Source: a bacterium (GTDB lineage: Bacteria; Bacillota_I; Bacilli_A; RF39; UBA660). From it: a DNA stretch of 54,444 bases. Location: contig JAUNNO010000002.1 in NCBI GenBank assembly GCA_030531425.1, positions 1 through 54,444 of the forward strand, given 5' to 3'. Positions 27,529 to 37,582 of this stretch are shown here, piece by piece. The notes under the pieces are model-generated. The model did no database searches. It was not told the origin of the DNA and saw only the letters and a list, made by a program, of their open reading frames with translations. The translations under genes and the position numbers were made by a program. The stretch's first letter is position 1. Each line of letters begins with the position of its first letter.

Positions 27529-27546
27529 GTATATAAGGAGGATACT

Positions 27547-27837
27547 ATGGTAACAAAAGAAAAATTAAAAGATTATGCAGCGCGTCTTATGTTTGATATG
27601 GATGATGATGGGTATGATAGAACTTTAAAAGAGTTTGAAGTAATAGAAAAACATATGGATTTAATAGGTAAAATAGATGGTATTGAAAATGTTGAACCTA
27701 TGACTTTTCCCTATGTTATTTATCATGCTAAATTTAGAGAAGATGAAGTTAAAGAATCATTAACTAATGAAGAGGTGTTGGCTAATTCAAAAGAGAATAA
27801 AGCTAATCAAGTAAAAGTACCTAAGGTGGTGTTATAA
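27547..27837 (+). CDS. gatC: Asp/Glu-tRNA amidotransferase subunit C
   Basis: AAGGAGG then ATG 27547. About 96 aa, directly upstream of gatA and gatB. Confidence 0.85.
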   Translation: MVTKEKLKDYAARLMFDMDDDGYDRTLKEFEVIEKHMDLIGKIDGIENVEPMTFPYVIYHAKFREDEVKESLTNEEVLANSKENKANQVKVPKVVL

Positions 27838-29282
27838 TGAAAACAATATTAGATTATAGGTCATATTTAGATGAAAAAAAAGTAACTAGTGAAGAGTTAT
27901 TTAATGAATCAATCTCTAAAGCACATATGTATCAAGAAAAGTATAATTCATTTGTAACTATACTTGATGAATATAATCATAAAGAATCAGATTCATTAAT
28001 AAATGGTATTCCATATTCACTTAAAGATAATTTTTCAACTAAGGGAATACTTACTACAGCATCATCTAATATACTTAAAGATTATGTACCAGTATATTCA
28101 GCTACTGCATATAAAAAATTACAAGATGCTGGTGGAATATTAGTGGGAAAAACTGTACTTGATGAACTTGCTATGGGTGGAACTTCAACTACCGGAGCTA
28201 CTGGTTCTGTAAAAAATCCTTGGGATCAAAATAGATTAATAGGCGGCTCATCTGGTGGATCATGTGCTGCAGTAGCTTTAGGGATTGTACCTTTTGCACT
28301 TGGATCAGATACAGGTGATTCAATAAGAAAACCTGCTTCATTTGGTGGTGTAGTTGGATTTAAACCTACATATGGCAGAATTTCAAGATATGGTTTATTT
28401 GCTTTTGCATCTAGCCTAGACCATGTTGGATGTTTTACTAGATGTGTAAAAGACGCTGCTATAGTTACTGATATATTAAAAGGGCATGACGAAAGAGATA
28501 TGACATCCCTACCTGATGAAAATATAAACTATACAGATATGTTGGATAATGATATAAAAGGTAAAAAATTATTTTATATAAAAGAAATAACAGATCCTGA
28601 ACTTTATAAAGATGCAGGAGCCATAACATTAGAAGTTTTAGATAAATTTAAAGAAGCTATAGAAAAATGTAAAAAAATAGGATTTATAGTAGAAGAAGTA
28701 TCAATAGATGAGAAATTACTTAAAGCTATATATCCTGCTTATATGACAATTAGTTGCGCTGAAGCAACAAGTAACAATTCAAACCTTACAGGAATACCAT
28801 TTGGTCCTCGTGGGGAAGGAAATAATATAAATGAAATAATGTTTGATGCTAGAACTAAAGGATTTAGTGAATTTATAAAAAGAAGATTTATATTAGGTAG
28901 TTATATATTACTTAAAGAAAATCAGGAAAGATTATTTAAAAATGCTCAAAGATTAAGACATATGATAGTAGATAAGATAAATTCATTATTTGATATTTAT
29001 GATGGTATGATACTTCCTGCTGGAGGAGGAATTGCTCCTACATTTGATGAAGAAATAGATAGATTATCAGATAGATATTTAATATTAGAAAATCATTTAG
29101 CTATTGGTAATTTTGGCGGATATCCATCTATTACTATTCCAAGTGGTTTTGTTAAAGATATGCCTATTGCTATTAACATAACAGGCCCTCAATTTAAAGA
29201 TGGTGAAGTACTTAATATAGCGAACAAAATAGAAGAAGAGTTAGGTTATAAGGGATTAATAAAGGAGGAATATGATGTATAA
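27837..29282 (+). CDS. gatA: Asp/Glu-tRNA amidotransferase subunit A
   Basis: Amidase signature GGSSGGSCAAVA..GSDTGDSIRKPA. Confidence 0.95.
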   Translation: MKTILDYRSYLDEKKVTSEELFNESISKAHMYQEKYNSFVTILDEYNHKESDSLINGIPYSLKDNFSTKGILTTASSNILKDYVPVYSATAYKKLQDAGGILVGKTVLDELAMGGTSTTGATGSVKNPWDQNRLIGGSSGGSCAAVALGIVPFALGSDTGDSIRKPASFGGVVGFKPTYGRISRYGLFAFASSLDHVGCFTRCVKDAAIVTDILKGHDERDMTSLPDENINYTDMLDNDIKGKKLFYIKEITDPELYKDAGAITLEVLDKFKEAIEKCKKIGFIVEEVSIDEKLLKAIYPAYMTISCAEATSNNSNLTGIPFGPRGEGNNINEIMFDARTKGFSEFIKRRFILGSYILLKENQERLFKNAQRLRHMIVDKINSLFDIYDGMILPAGGGIAPTFDEEIDRLSDRYLILENHLAIGNFGGYPSITIPSGFVKDMPIAINITGPQFKDGEVLNIANKIEEELGYKGLIKEEYDV

Positions 29283-30702
29283 AGTAGTTATTGGACTTGA
29301 AGTTCACTGTGAGATGAAAACAAATTCTAAAAATTTTTCTAGTGCTAAAAACACATATTCTGAATATCCTAATGAATTTGTAGATACAACTGATTTAGGA
29401 CTTCCTGGAATACTTCCTGTAGCTAATAAATATGCATTTGAAAATTCAATTAAAATGGCACTTGCTCTTAATTGTAAAGTACCAGATGTAGTAATGTTCG
29501 ATAGAAAAAATTATTATTATCCAGATTTACCTAAAGGATATCAAATAACACAAGATACAAAACCAGTAGGTCGTGATGGTTATGTAATGATAAATGTAAA
29601 TGGTGAAGATATAAAAATAGGTATAGATAATATACATCTTGAAGAAGATACTGCCTCAATGGATCATTTTAGTACTTATTCTTTAATTGATTATAATAGA
29701 GCAGGGGTACCATTACTTGAAACAGTAACAACTCCTTGTATGCATTCAGTAGAAGAAGCGCTTACATTTTTAGAAACTTTAAAAGGAATATTTCTTTATA
29801 CTGGTGTTAGTGAAGCTAGAGTTGATAGAGGACAAATGAGATGCGATGTAAATGTCAATTTACAAAATGAAGAAGGAAAATATATTACTCCAAAAGTGGA
29901 AATGAAAAATATAAATAGTTTTAATAACGTAAAAATGGCTATTGAATCTGAAGTAAAAAGACAAATAGATTGTTTAGAAAATGGTAGATCAAATGAACTT
30001 ATACAAGAAACAAGACATTTTGATGAAGAGTCTATGACTACAAAATCAGCACGTGCTAAAGCAGATGCAGTAGATTATAAATATTATATAGAACCAAACA
30101 TTCCACCTATTAAAATAGAAGATAGTTGGGTAGAAGAAATAAAAAAAAGTATACCTATGTTACAATTTGATAGAGTAGTAAAATATATGAGTAATTATGA
30201 ACTATCTCGTTATGATTCAGAAATAATAGTAAAAGATAAAAATGTATCTGATTATTTTGAAGAAACTATTAAATTAGGTGTTAATCCAAAAAGTAGCGCT
30301 AACTGGATTACTACTATGATACTTGGATATTTAAATAAAAATGATTTAAAAATAACTGATATTAGTTTTAAACCTAATGATTTAGTAGAACTAATTAATA
30401 TGGTAGACCATGGAGAAATATCTTCTAAACAATCTAAACAAGTATTTGAAAAATGTCTAACTGATAATAAGTCTCCAAAAAAAATAGTAAAAGAACTTGG
30501 TATGACGCAAATTACTGATGATAAAACAATTAGAGATATAGTAGTGAAATTACTTGATGAATATCCAAATTTAATAGAAGATCATAGAAAAGGTAAAAAT
30601 ACTTTTGACTATTTTGTAGGTCAAGTAATGAAACAAACAAAAGGTCAAGCAAATCCAGTAATAACTAAAAATATAATTAATGAAGAAATGGAAAAGAGAT
30701 GA
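29272..30702 (+). CDS. gatB: Asp/Glu-tRNA amidotransferase subunit B
   Basis: VIGLEVHCEM, NIHLEEDTA, RCDVNVN, and a C-terminal YqeY-like tail. Confidence 0.95.
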   Translation: MMYKVVIGLEVHCEMKTNSKNFSSAKNTYSEYPNEFVDTTDLGLPGILPVANKYAFENSIKMALALNCKVPDVVMFDRKNYYYPDLPKGYQITQDTKPVGRDGYVMINVNGEDIKIGIDNIHLEEDTASMDHFSTYSLIDYNRAGVPLLETVTTPCMHSVEEALTFLETLKGIFLYTGVSEARVDRGQMRCDVNVNLQNEEGKYITPKVEMKNINSFNNVKMAIESEVKRQIDCLENGRSNELIQETRHFDEESMTTKSARAKADAVDYKYYIEPNIPPIKIEDSWVEEIKKSIPMLQFDRVVKYMSNYELSRYDSEIIVKDKNVSDYFEETIKLGVNPKSSANWITTMILGYLNKNDLKITDISFKPNDLVELINMVDHGEISSKQSKQVFEKCLTDNKSPKKIVKELGMTQITDDKTIRDIVVKLLDEYPNLIEDHRKGKNTFDYFVGQVMKQTKGQANPVITKNIINEEMEKR

Positions 30703-30706
30703 TAAT

Positions 30707-32083
30707 ATGTTAGATTTAAAAGATATATATAAAGATTATAAAAGCTTTTTAAATAAAGATATCAAAATAAGCGGTTGGATTAAAAACCATAGAAAACAAA
30801 AAGAATTTGGATTTATAGATTTTAATGATGGAACATATTTTAAAAATTTACAAGTAGTATATGATAATAAATTATCTTCTTTTGAAGAAATTCAAAAACT
30901 ACATATAGGTTCTGCCATCACGGTAAAAGGAAAATTAATAGAATCTCAAGGAAGTCAAGATTTTGAAGTAACTGCTACTGATATTATACTTGAGGGAGAT
31001 TGTCCTGATGATTATCCACTTCAATCAAAAGGTAGGCCAACTCGTGAATTTTTAAGAGAGATAGCTTATCTTAGACCTCGTACTAATTTATTTAATGCAG
31101 TATTTAGAGTAAGAAGTATTGCTGCATATGCAATTCATAAATATTTTCAAGACAATGGATATGTATATTTTCATGCTCCACTTATTACAGCCAGTGATTG
31201 TGAAGGAGCAGGTGAGATGTTTCAAGTAACAACACTTGATTTAAATAAAATAGCTGAAAAAGGTACTGTAGATTATTCTAAAGATTTCTTTAATAAACAA
31301 GCAGCGCTTACAGTAAGCGGTCAACTTCAAGCAGAGACATTTGCTATGGCATATAAAAAAACTTATACTTTTGGTCCTACATTTAGAGCAGAAAATTCAA
31401 ATACTAAAACTCATGCTTCTGAATTTTGGATGATAGAACCAGAAATTGCTTTTTGCGATTTGGATGATGATATGAATATTATGGAAGATATGCTTAAATA
31501 TATAGTCAAATATGTGCTTGATAATTGTAAAGTTGAAATGGAATTCTTTGATAAGTTTGTAGAAAAAGGATTACTAAATAAACTAAATAAATTAGTAACT
31601 TCAAATTTTACAAGAATTGACCATAAAGATGTAATAACTATATTAAAGAAAGCTAATGTTAAATGGGAATTTGAACCTGAGTATGGATCAGATATAGCTA
31701 AAGAACATGAGAAATACATAACAGAATATTTTGATGGTCCTGTATTTATTAAAAATTGGCCAAAAGATATAAAAGCATTTTACATGAAACAAAATCCGGA
31801 TGGAGAAACTGTTGCTGCAGTAGATCTTGAAGTGCCTGGTGCAGGAGAGTTAATGGGTGGATCTCAAAGAGAGGAAAATTATGAAAAACTTGTATCTCGT
31901 ATGAATGAACTTAAGATGGACAAAAGCTCTCTTGATTGGTATTTGAATTTAAGAAAATTTGGTGGATGTACTCACTCTGGATTTGGTATGGGATTTGAAA
32001 GATTATTAATATATTTAACAGGAGTAGATAATATAAGAGATGTAATACCTTACTATAGAACTCCAGGAAATTGTGAATATTAA
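30707..32083 (+). CDS. asnS: asparaginyl-tRNA synthetase
   Basis: Class IIb: OB-fold N-terminus, FRAENSNTKTHASEFWMIEPE, GFGMGFERLLIYLTG. Start ATG 30707, just after the gatB stop. Confidence 0.9.
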   Translation: MLDLKDIYKDYKSFLNKDIKISGWIKNHRKQKEFGFIDFNDGTYFKNLQVVYDNKLSSFEEIQKLHIGSAITVKGKLIESQGSQDFEVTATDIILEGDCPDDYPLQSKGRPTREFLREIAYLRPRTNLFNAVFRVRSIAAYAIHKYFQDNGYVYFHAPLITASDCEGAGEMFQVTTLDLNKIAEKGTVDYSKDFFNKQAALTVSGQLQAETFAMAYKKTYTFGPTFRAENSNTKTHASEFWMIEPEIAFCDLDDDMNIMEDMLKYIVKYVLDNCKVEMEFFDKFVEKGLLNKLNKLVTSNFTRIDHKDVITILKKANVKWEFEPEYGSDIAKEHEKYITEYFDGPVFIKNWPKDIKAFYMKQNPDGETVAAVDLEVPGAGELMGGSQREENYEKLVSRMNELKMDKSSLDWYLNLRKFGGCTHSGFGMGFERLLIYLTGVDNIRDVIPYYRTPGNCEY

Positions 32084-32129
32084 AAATAGGAATTAATATA
32101 AAAGAAAAAATTGGATTTGCCAATTTTTT

Positions 32130-33599
32130 TTAATATTCATTATTAAATACGGGTTCACATATTAAATTTATAAGTAAATTTCTAAGTGCCTCTAAATCAT
32201 TTTTTTCAACGATGTATGTAGCGTATGCATCACAGTTATTTAATTTTTTTAAATTTTTTAAAGCTTTTTCAACTATAGGGTTTGTAACAGAACAAATAGA
32301 AAGAGCTATTAAAACATCATTTAAGTTTAGAGTAGTTTTATTATTAAATGCTTCTTTTTTCATTTTTAAAATAGGCTTTAAAACGCTAGGAGAAAGTAGA
32401 TCAACATCATCTGGAATATTTGTTAAATGTTTAATACAGTTTATAATTAGACTACTAGCAGGTGATAAAAGATCAGTTTGTCTACCGGTTATAATTTCAC
32501 CATTTTCAAGTTCCAACGCCATACTTTTTTTGCCTGATGTAAATTCCTTTTCATTTGCCATATATATTGTTCTCATAATTGATGTATCTATATTAAGTTC
32601 ATTCATTAAAAGTTTAATTCTTTTTGGGATTTCTGGATCGCTATCATTAAGTTTCACATCTACAAGTGCTTTATAATATCTTCTTACAATTTCTTTTTTT
32701 GCTGCATCTTGAATTAATTTATCATTAACTATACATTTTCCTATTGAATTAACTCCCATATCAGTAGGGGATTTATATATATCTTCTCCAGTTATTTTAT
32801 TAAGTATATTTTTTAAAACAGGGAATACTTCTAAATCTCTATTATAGTTAACTGCGCTTATGCCATAGGAATCTAGGTGAAATGAATCAATCATATTTTT
32901 ATCGTTTAAATCAGCGGTAGCAGCTTCATAAGCCATATTTACTGGATGTTTTAAAGGAAGGTCCCATACAGGAAATGTCTCAAACTTTGCATAGCCTGCT
33001 TTTATGCCTTTTTTATATTCGTGATATAATTGAGAAAGACAGGTTGCAAGTTTACCACTACAAGGCCCAGGAGCATTAACAACAACTAAGGGTTTAGTTG
33101 TTTCAATATATGGATTAGCGCCATATCCTAGATCAGATACAATAACGTCCACATCTGTAGGATATCCCTTAGTAGGCGTGTGAAAATAAGTTTTTATACC
33201 TATTTCTTCAAGCTTGTTTTTAAATTTATCAGCACTTACCTGGCCTTGGTAGAGTGTTATAACAACACTATTAACTTTAATACCCATTTCTCTAAAAATA
33301 TTAATTAGTCTTAATACTTCTAAATCATAACTAATACCATAATCAGCTCTTATTTTTTTCTTTTCAATATCATTTGCATTTATACAAAAAATAATTTCAG
33401 TGATATCTTTTAATTCTTTTAAAAGCCTAATTTTAGCATCTAATTCAAAACCTGGTAAAACTCTTTTCGCATGATAGTCATCAAAAAGTTTTCCCCCAAA
33501 TTCTAAATATAATTTATTATCAAACATTTTTATTCTTTCTTTAATCTTTTCCGTTTGATATTTTACATATAATTCATTGTTAAATCCTATTTTTTTCAT
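32130..33599 (-). CDS. UPF0371/DUF1846 family protein
   Basis: 489 aa starting MKKIGFNNELYVKYQTEKIKERI. Size and N-terminus fit the UPF0371 family. Confidence 0.65.
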   Translation of the reverse strand: MKKIGFNNELYVKYQTEKIKERIKMFDNKLYLEFGGKLFDDYHAKRVLPGFELDAKIRLLKELKDITEIIFCINANDIEKKKIRADYGISYDLEVLRLINIFREMGIKVNSVVITLYQGQVSADKFKNKLEEIGIKTYFHTPTKGYPTDVDVIVSDLGYGANPYIETTKPLVVVNAPGPCSGKLATCLSQLYHEYKKGIKAGYAKFETFPVWDLPLKHPVNMAYEAATADLNDKNMIDSFHLDSYGISAVNYNRDLEVFPVLKNILNKITGEDIYKSPTDMGVNSIGKCIVNDKLIQDAAKKEIVRRYYKALVDVKLNDSDPEIPKRIKLLMNELNIDTSIMRTIYMANEKEFTSGKKSMALELENGEIITGRQTDLLSPASSLIINCIKHLTNIPDDVDLLSPSVLKPILKMKKEAFNNKTTLNLNDVLIALSICSVTNPIVEKALKNLKKLNNCDAYATYIVEKNDLEALRNLLINLICEPVFNNEY

Positions 33600-33728
33600 G
33601 TTACCTCCATAAAAAATCCTAGAGAACTTTCTCTAGGCTCTTTTTAATTATAACACTTTTACAAATATCAAGTAAATATTTTATATATATTTTTTAAAAA
33701 TTCATATACTTAATTGGGAGGTTAAATA

Positions 33729-34934
33729 TTGAAACGTGTTTTAAAAAATTATAAATTTCCAATAATACTTTTAACATCAATAATTATAGGATGTATTATT
33801 GGGGTTATATTTAAAGAGGATGCAATTAATTTAAAACCATTTGGAACAGTATTTATAAATATGCTTTATACAATAGTAATTCCACTAGTATTCTTTACAA
33901 TATCATCTAGTATATCAAAAATAAAAAATTATAAAAAATTAGGTAAAATATTTTTATATATGTTTATTATTTTTATTATAACAAGCGCTATAGCAGCATT
34001 ATTTATGTTAATTGGAGTAAAAATAGTAGATCCTGTTGGAAATATTAATATACTTTTAAGTGAAGGTGTTAAAGAATCAATAAATATAGGTGATAAGATA
34101 GTTGATATGTTAACAGTAAATGATTTTTATCTATTGCTTTCAAAAAGTAGTATGTTACCGCTTATAATATTTTCAATAATATTTGGTTTTGCTGTTAATA
34201 AAGTAAAAGATGAAAGAGTAGTTAGTATATTATCAAGTATGTCAAATATAATGATGAAAGTAATTAATATAATTATGTATTATGCACCAATAGGTTTATG
34301 TGCTTACTTTGCTTCATTAGTAGGTGAATATGGAACTGAGATAATAGGAAGTTATGCTAGAAGTATGATTTTATATTATGTTATGTCAATACTATTCTTT
34401 ATCATATTTTATACAATATATATTTATATGGCTAGAGGAAGGAGTGGTTTAAAAGAATTTTTTAAACATATTTTTACTCCAACAGTAACTTCACTCGGAA
34501 CTTGTTCATCCTTAGCTAGTTTACCATCAAATATAGAGTGCGCTTCTAATTTAGGTATTGATCCTGATATCGCTAATACTACACTTCCAATAGGCGCTAC
34601 TATGCATATGGAAGGTTCATCTATGGCATCAATACTTAAAATAGCATTTTTATTTGGAATATTTGGTAAAAATTTTACTGGAATAGATACATATTTAATC
34701 GCAATATTAATAGCTGTTTTATCAGGAGTAGTAATGTCTGGAATACCAGGTGGAGGTTTAATTGGGGAAATGCTTATAGTATCCCTTTATGGATTCAATC
34801 TAGAAGCTTTTCCTATAATAGCTACAATAGGTTGGATAGTAGATCCACCTGCAACATGCCTTAATGTAGTAGGAGATATACCAAGTGCAATTTTAATAGA
34901 AGAATGTGTAAATAAAAATACTAAGCAAGTATAA
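33729..34934 (+). CDS. dicarboxylate/amino acid:cation symporter (DAACS family)
   Basis: 401 aa, multi-pass, with TCSSLASLP and GATMHMEGS reentrant-loop motifs. TTG start behind GGGAGG. Confidence 0.8.
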   Translation: MKRVLKNYKFPIILLTSIIIGCIIGVIFKEDAINLKPFGTVFINMLYTIVIPLVFFTISSSISKIKNYKKLGKIFLYMFIIFIITSAIAALFMLIGVKIVDPVGNINILLSEGVKESINIGDKIVDMLTVNDFYLLLSKSSMLPLIIFSIIFGFAVNKVKDERVVSILSSMSNIMMKVINIIMYYAPIGLCAYFASLVGEYGTEIIGSYARSMILYYVMSILFFIIFYTIYIYMARGRSGLKEFFKHIFTPTVTSLGTCSSLASLPSNIECASNLGIDPDIANTTLPIGATMHMEGSSMASILKIAFLFGIFGKNFTGIDTYLIAILIAVLSGVVMSGIPGGGLIGEMLIVSLYGFNLEAFPIIATIGWIVDPPATCLNVVGDIPSAILIEECVNKNTKQV

Positions 34935-35037
34935 CAAATACTTGCTTTTATGTTAATTATTTGATACATTTTTTTTATAAACAAAATTTTAAAATAATGG
35001 TTTTAAGTGTTATAATAAATATATATGGATGTGATTT

Positions 35038-36201
35038 ATGAACTTAAAAGAATTAATATTACAAAATGATATTCAAAGTTTTAGAAAAAAAATGATTAGC
35101 GATCAAAACTTTTTAGATTCCTTAATTCAAAATAATTTATTTTGGCCTAATATAGAATTAATATATAATAAATATGGTCAAAAACTATTTATTGAATTAA
35201 TTAAGTTATTATATGATAGAGATTCTAATTATATTATTTCAAATATTCGTAATATTTTTAAATTAGACTTATATTATACATTTTATGATTTACTATTTGA
35301 TTTTATTTTGGAAAAAAATAATAATGATTATGAATTTTTATTTAATTTATTAACTAATTCATTAATGTCAGCTTCAAATATAAGTTTTTCTATTATTTTA
35401 TATTTATATAAAGATAATTATTTTAGAAATATTATAATAAATAATTTATATAAAATATTAGAAAATAGTGAAAATTGCTTGTTAAATATAAAGAAACTAT
35501 TAGAAGATGATTATGTGTTAAGTAAAAAAGTTAATGATTATATAAATCAAAATTCTAATAGACTAATATATGAAATTATAAGTAATGGCTTTCGTATTAA
35601 TAAAACTACTGTTAACAAAGAAAATATATTTGATACTATAAAAATTATAGTAGATGAAATTTTAAATTATGAAAATAAAAAGTATTCTGATATAGAGTTT
35701 TTGGATAGTGGTTTTTATTCTTGTGTGTATTTGATAGGGAATAAAGTTTTAAAAATAGGAATTAAAAGACCAAAATTTAAAATTGAGAATAATAAAAGAT
35801 TTTTAAAACCACTTTTAAGATGTGAAATAAATAAGATAAATAGTAGTGATATACTTGGATGTATAGAAATAACAGAAAAAGTTGATACATTTAATATAAC
35901 AAATGAAGATGTTTATACTATATATAAAGAATTAAGAGATTTGGGATATATTTGGATAGATGCTACAAAAGATAATATTGGTAGATTAATAAGAAAAAAT
36001 AAAGTGTATTTTAATGATATAAATCCTACAAAAGAAGCTACAAGCTATACTACAGAGTCTACCTTAGAACTAGATAAAGGAGAGCTAGTTATATTAGATA
36101 ATGATTTTATATTAAAAAAGAAAGATGCAAAAAAACATTTGTGCTATGACAATATATTAGAATATGAAGAAAGATATAAGCATGAGAAAAAGAAGAAATG
36201 A
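35038..36201 (+). CDS. hypothetical protein with a C-terminal protein-kinase-like fold signature
   Basis: The C-terminal third has a G-loop-like LDSGFYSCVY, a VLKIG lysine, a catalytic-loop-like WIDATKDNIG and a DFG-like ILDNDF. Confidence 0.4.
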   Translation: MNLKELILQNDIQSFRKKMISDQNFLDSLIQNNLFWPNIELIYNKYGQKLFIELIKLLYDRDSNYIISNIRNIFKLDLYYTFYDLLFDFILEKNNNDYEFLFNLLTNSLMSASNISFSIILYLYKDNYFRNIIINNLYKILENSENCLLNIKKLLEDDYVLSKKVNDYINQNSNRLIYEIISNGFRINKTTVNKENIFDTIKIIVDEILNYENKKYSDIEFLDSGFYSCVYLIGNKVLKIGIKRPKFKIENNKRFLKPLLRCEINKINSSDILGCIEITEKVDTFNITNEDVYTIYKELRDLGYIWIDATKDNIGRLIRKNKVYFNDINPTKEATSYTTESTLELDKGELVILDNDFILKKKDAKKHLCYDNILEYEERYKHEKKKK

Positions 36202-36253
36202 CTATTAATTTAATAAAATTTATTATATAATACTTTAGATTGGATGTGATACT

Positions 36254-37525
36254 ATGTTTATAGATGAGGTTGTAATTGAATTAAATGCTGGTCGTGGTGG
36301 TAATGGTTGTATGGCATTTAGAAGAGAAAAATATATAGAAATGGGTGGCCCATACGGTGGAAATGGTGGTCATGGTGGAAATATAGTTTTTGAAGTAGAT
36401 GAAGGACTAAATACATTAATTGATTTAAGATATAAAAAAATATATAAATCAAACCCAGGATCTCACGGTGAAGGAAAAGGTAAAAATGGAAAAAATGCAG
36501 AAGATTTAATAATTAAAGTACCACCTGGAACAGTTATAACAGATACTGATACTAATTTAATTTTAGGCGATTTAATAAAAAAAGGTGATAAAGTTGTAGC
36601 AGCGCAAGGCGGTCGTGGTGGAAGAGGTAATATTGCTTTTGCAACCAGATCAAATCCAGCCCCTGCTTTTTGTGAAAATGGTGAACCTGGTGAGATTAAA
36701 AAAGTTAAGGTAGAACTTAAACTTTTAGCTGATGTAGGTCTAGTTGGACTTCCAAGTGTTGGAAAAAGTACATTTATAAGTAAGATAAGTGCAGCCAAAC
36801 CTAAAATAGCTGCATACCATTTTACGACACTTACTCCAAATTTAGGCGTTGTAAAAACTAAAGATAATAGATCTTTTGTAGTAGCTGATTTACCTGGTTT
36901 AATAAAAGGAGCATCCTTAGGTGAAGGCTTAGGAGATAAATTTTTAAAACATATAGAACGTACTAGAGTAATTGCTCATATAATAGATATGTCTGCATCT
37001 GAAGGAAGAGATCCATATCAAGACTATTTAACTATTAATAAGGAATTAGAAAATTTTAATAAAAAAATATTAGATAAGCCTCAAATAGTAATAGCAAATA
37101 AGATGGATATTCCATCTAGCATTGAAAATTTAAAAAAATTTACTGAAAAAGTAAAGTGCAAGGTATATCCTGTAAGCGCATTAACATCATCTGGAATAGA
37201 TGAAGTTTTAATTAGTCTTGCAGATATGCTAGATAAAATAGAAAAACAACCACTATATGAAGAAGAAAAATTTGAAAGTCATGTTTTATATAAATTTCAT
37301 CGTGAACAACCATTTAAAATATATAAAGATAAAGACGTTTTTGTAGTTACTGGTGATGAAATAGAAAAAATTCTTAAAATGACTTGGTTTTCAAGTGATG
37401 AAGCGTTTGTTAGATTTTCAAAAAAATTAAGGCGCCTTGGAATAGATGATAAATTAAAAGAAATGGGAATAAAAGAAGGAGACACTATACGAATACTTGA
37501 CTATGAATTTGAATACAAAGAATAA
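36254..37525 (+). CDS. obg: GTPase Obg
   Basis: Gly-rich Obg fold (GGNGG repeats), G1 GLPSVGKST, G3 DLPGL, G4 NKMD, and a C-terminal OCT domain. Confidence 0.95.
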   Translation: MFIDEVVIELNAGRGGNGCMAFRREKYIEMGGPYGGNGGHGGNIVFEVDEGLNTLIDLRYKKIYKSNPGSHGEGKGKNGKNAEDLIIKVPPGTVITDTDTNLILGDLIKKGDKVVAAQGGRGGRGNIAFATRSNPAPAFCENGEPGEIKKVKVELKLLADVGLVGLPSVGKSTFISKISAAKPKIAAYHFTTLTPNLGVVKTKDNRSFVVADLPGLIKGASLGEGLGDKFLKHIERTRVIAHIIDMSASEGRDPYQDYLTINKELENFNKKILDKPQIVIANKMDIPSSIENLKKFTEKVKCKVYPVSALTSSGIDEVLISLADMLDKIEKQPLYEEEKFESHVLYKFHREQPFKIYKDKDVFVVTGDEIEKILKMTWFSSDEAFVRFSKKLRRLGIDDKLKEMGIKEGDTIRILDYEFEYKE

Positions 37526-37552
37526 AATACTTGTAAAAGTATTTTATTTTTT
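37524..37552 (+). terminator. intrinsic terminator after obg
   Basis: AAAAUACUU-GUAA-AAGUAUUUU followed by a T-run. Confidence 0.75.
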
Positions 37553-37582
37553 ATATAATATTGTTAGAAAGTAGATGATTGT

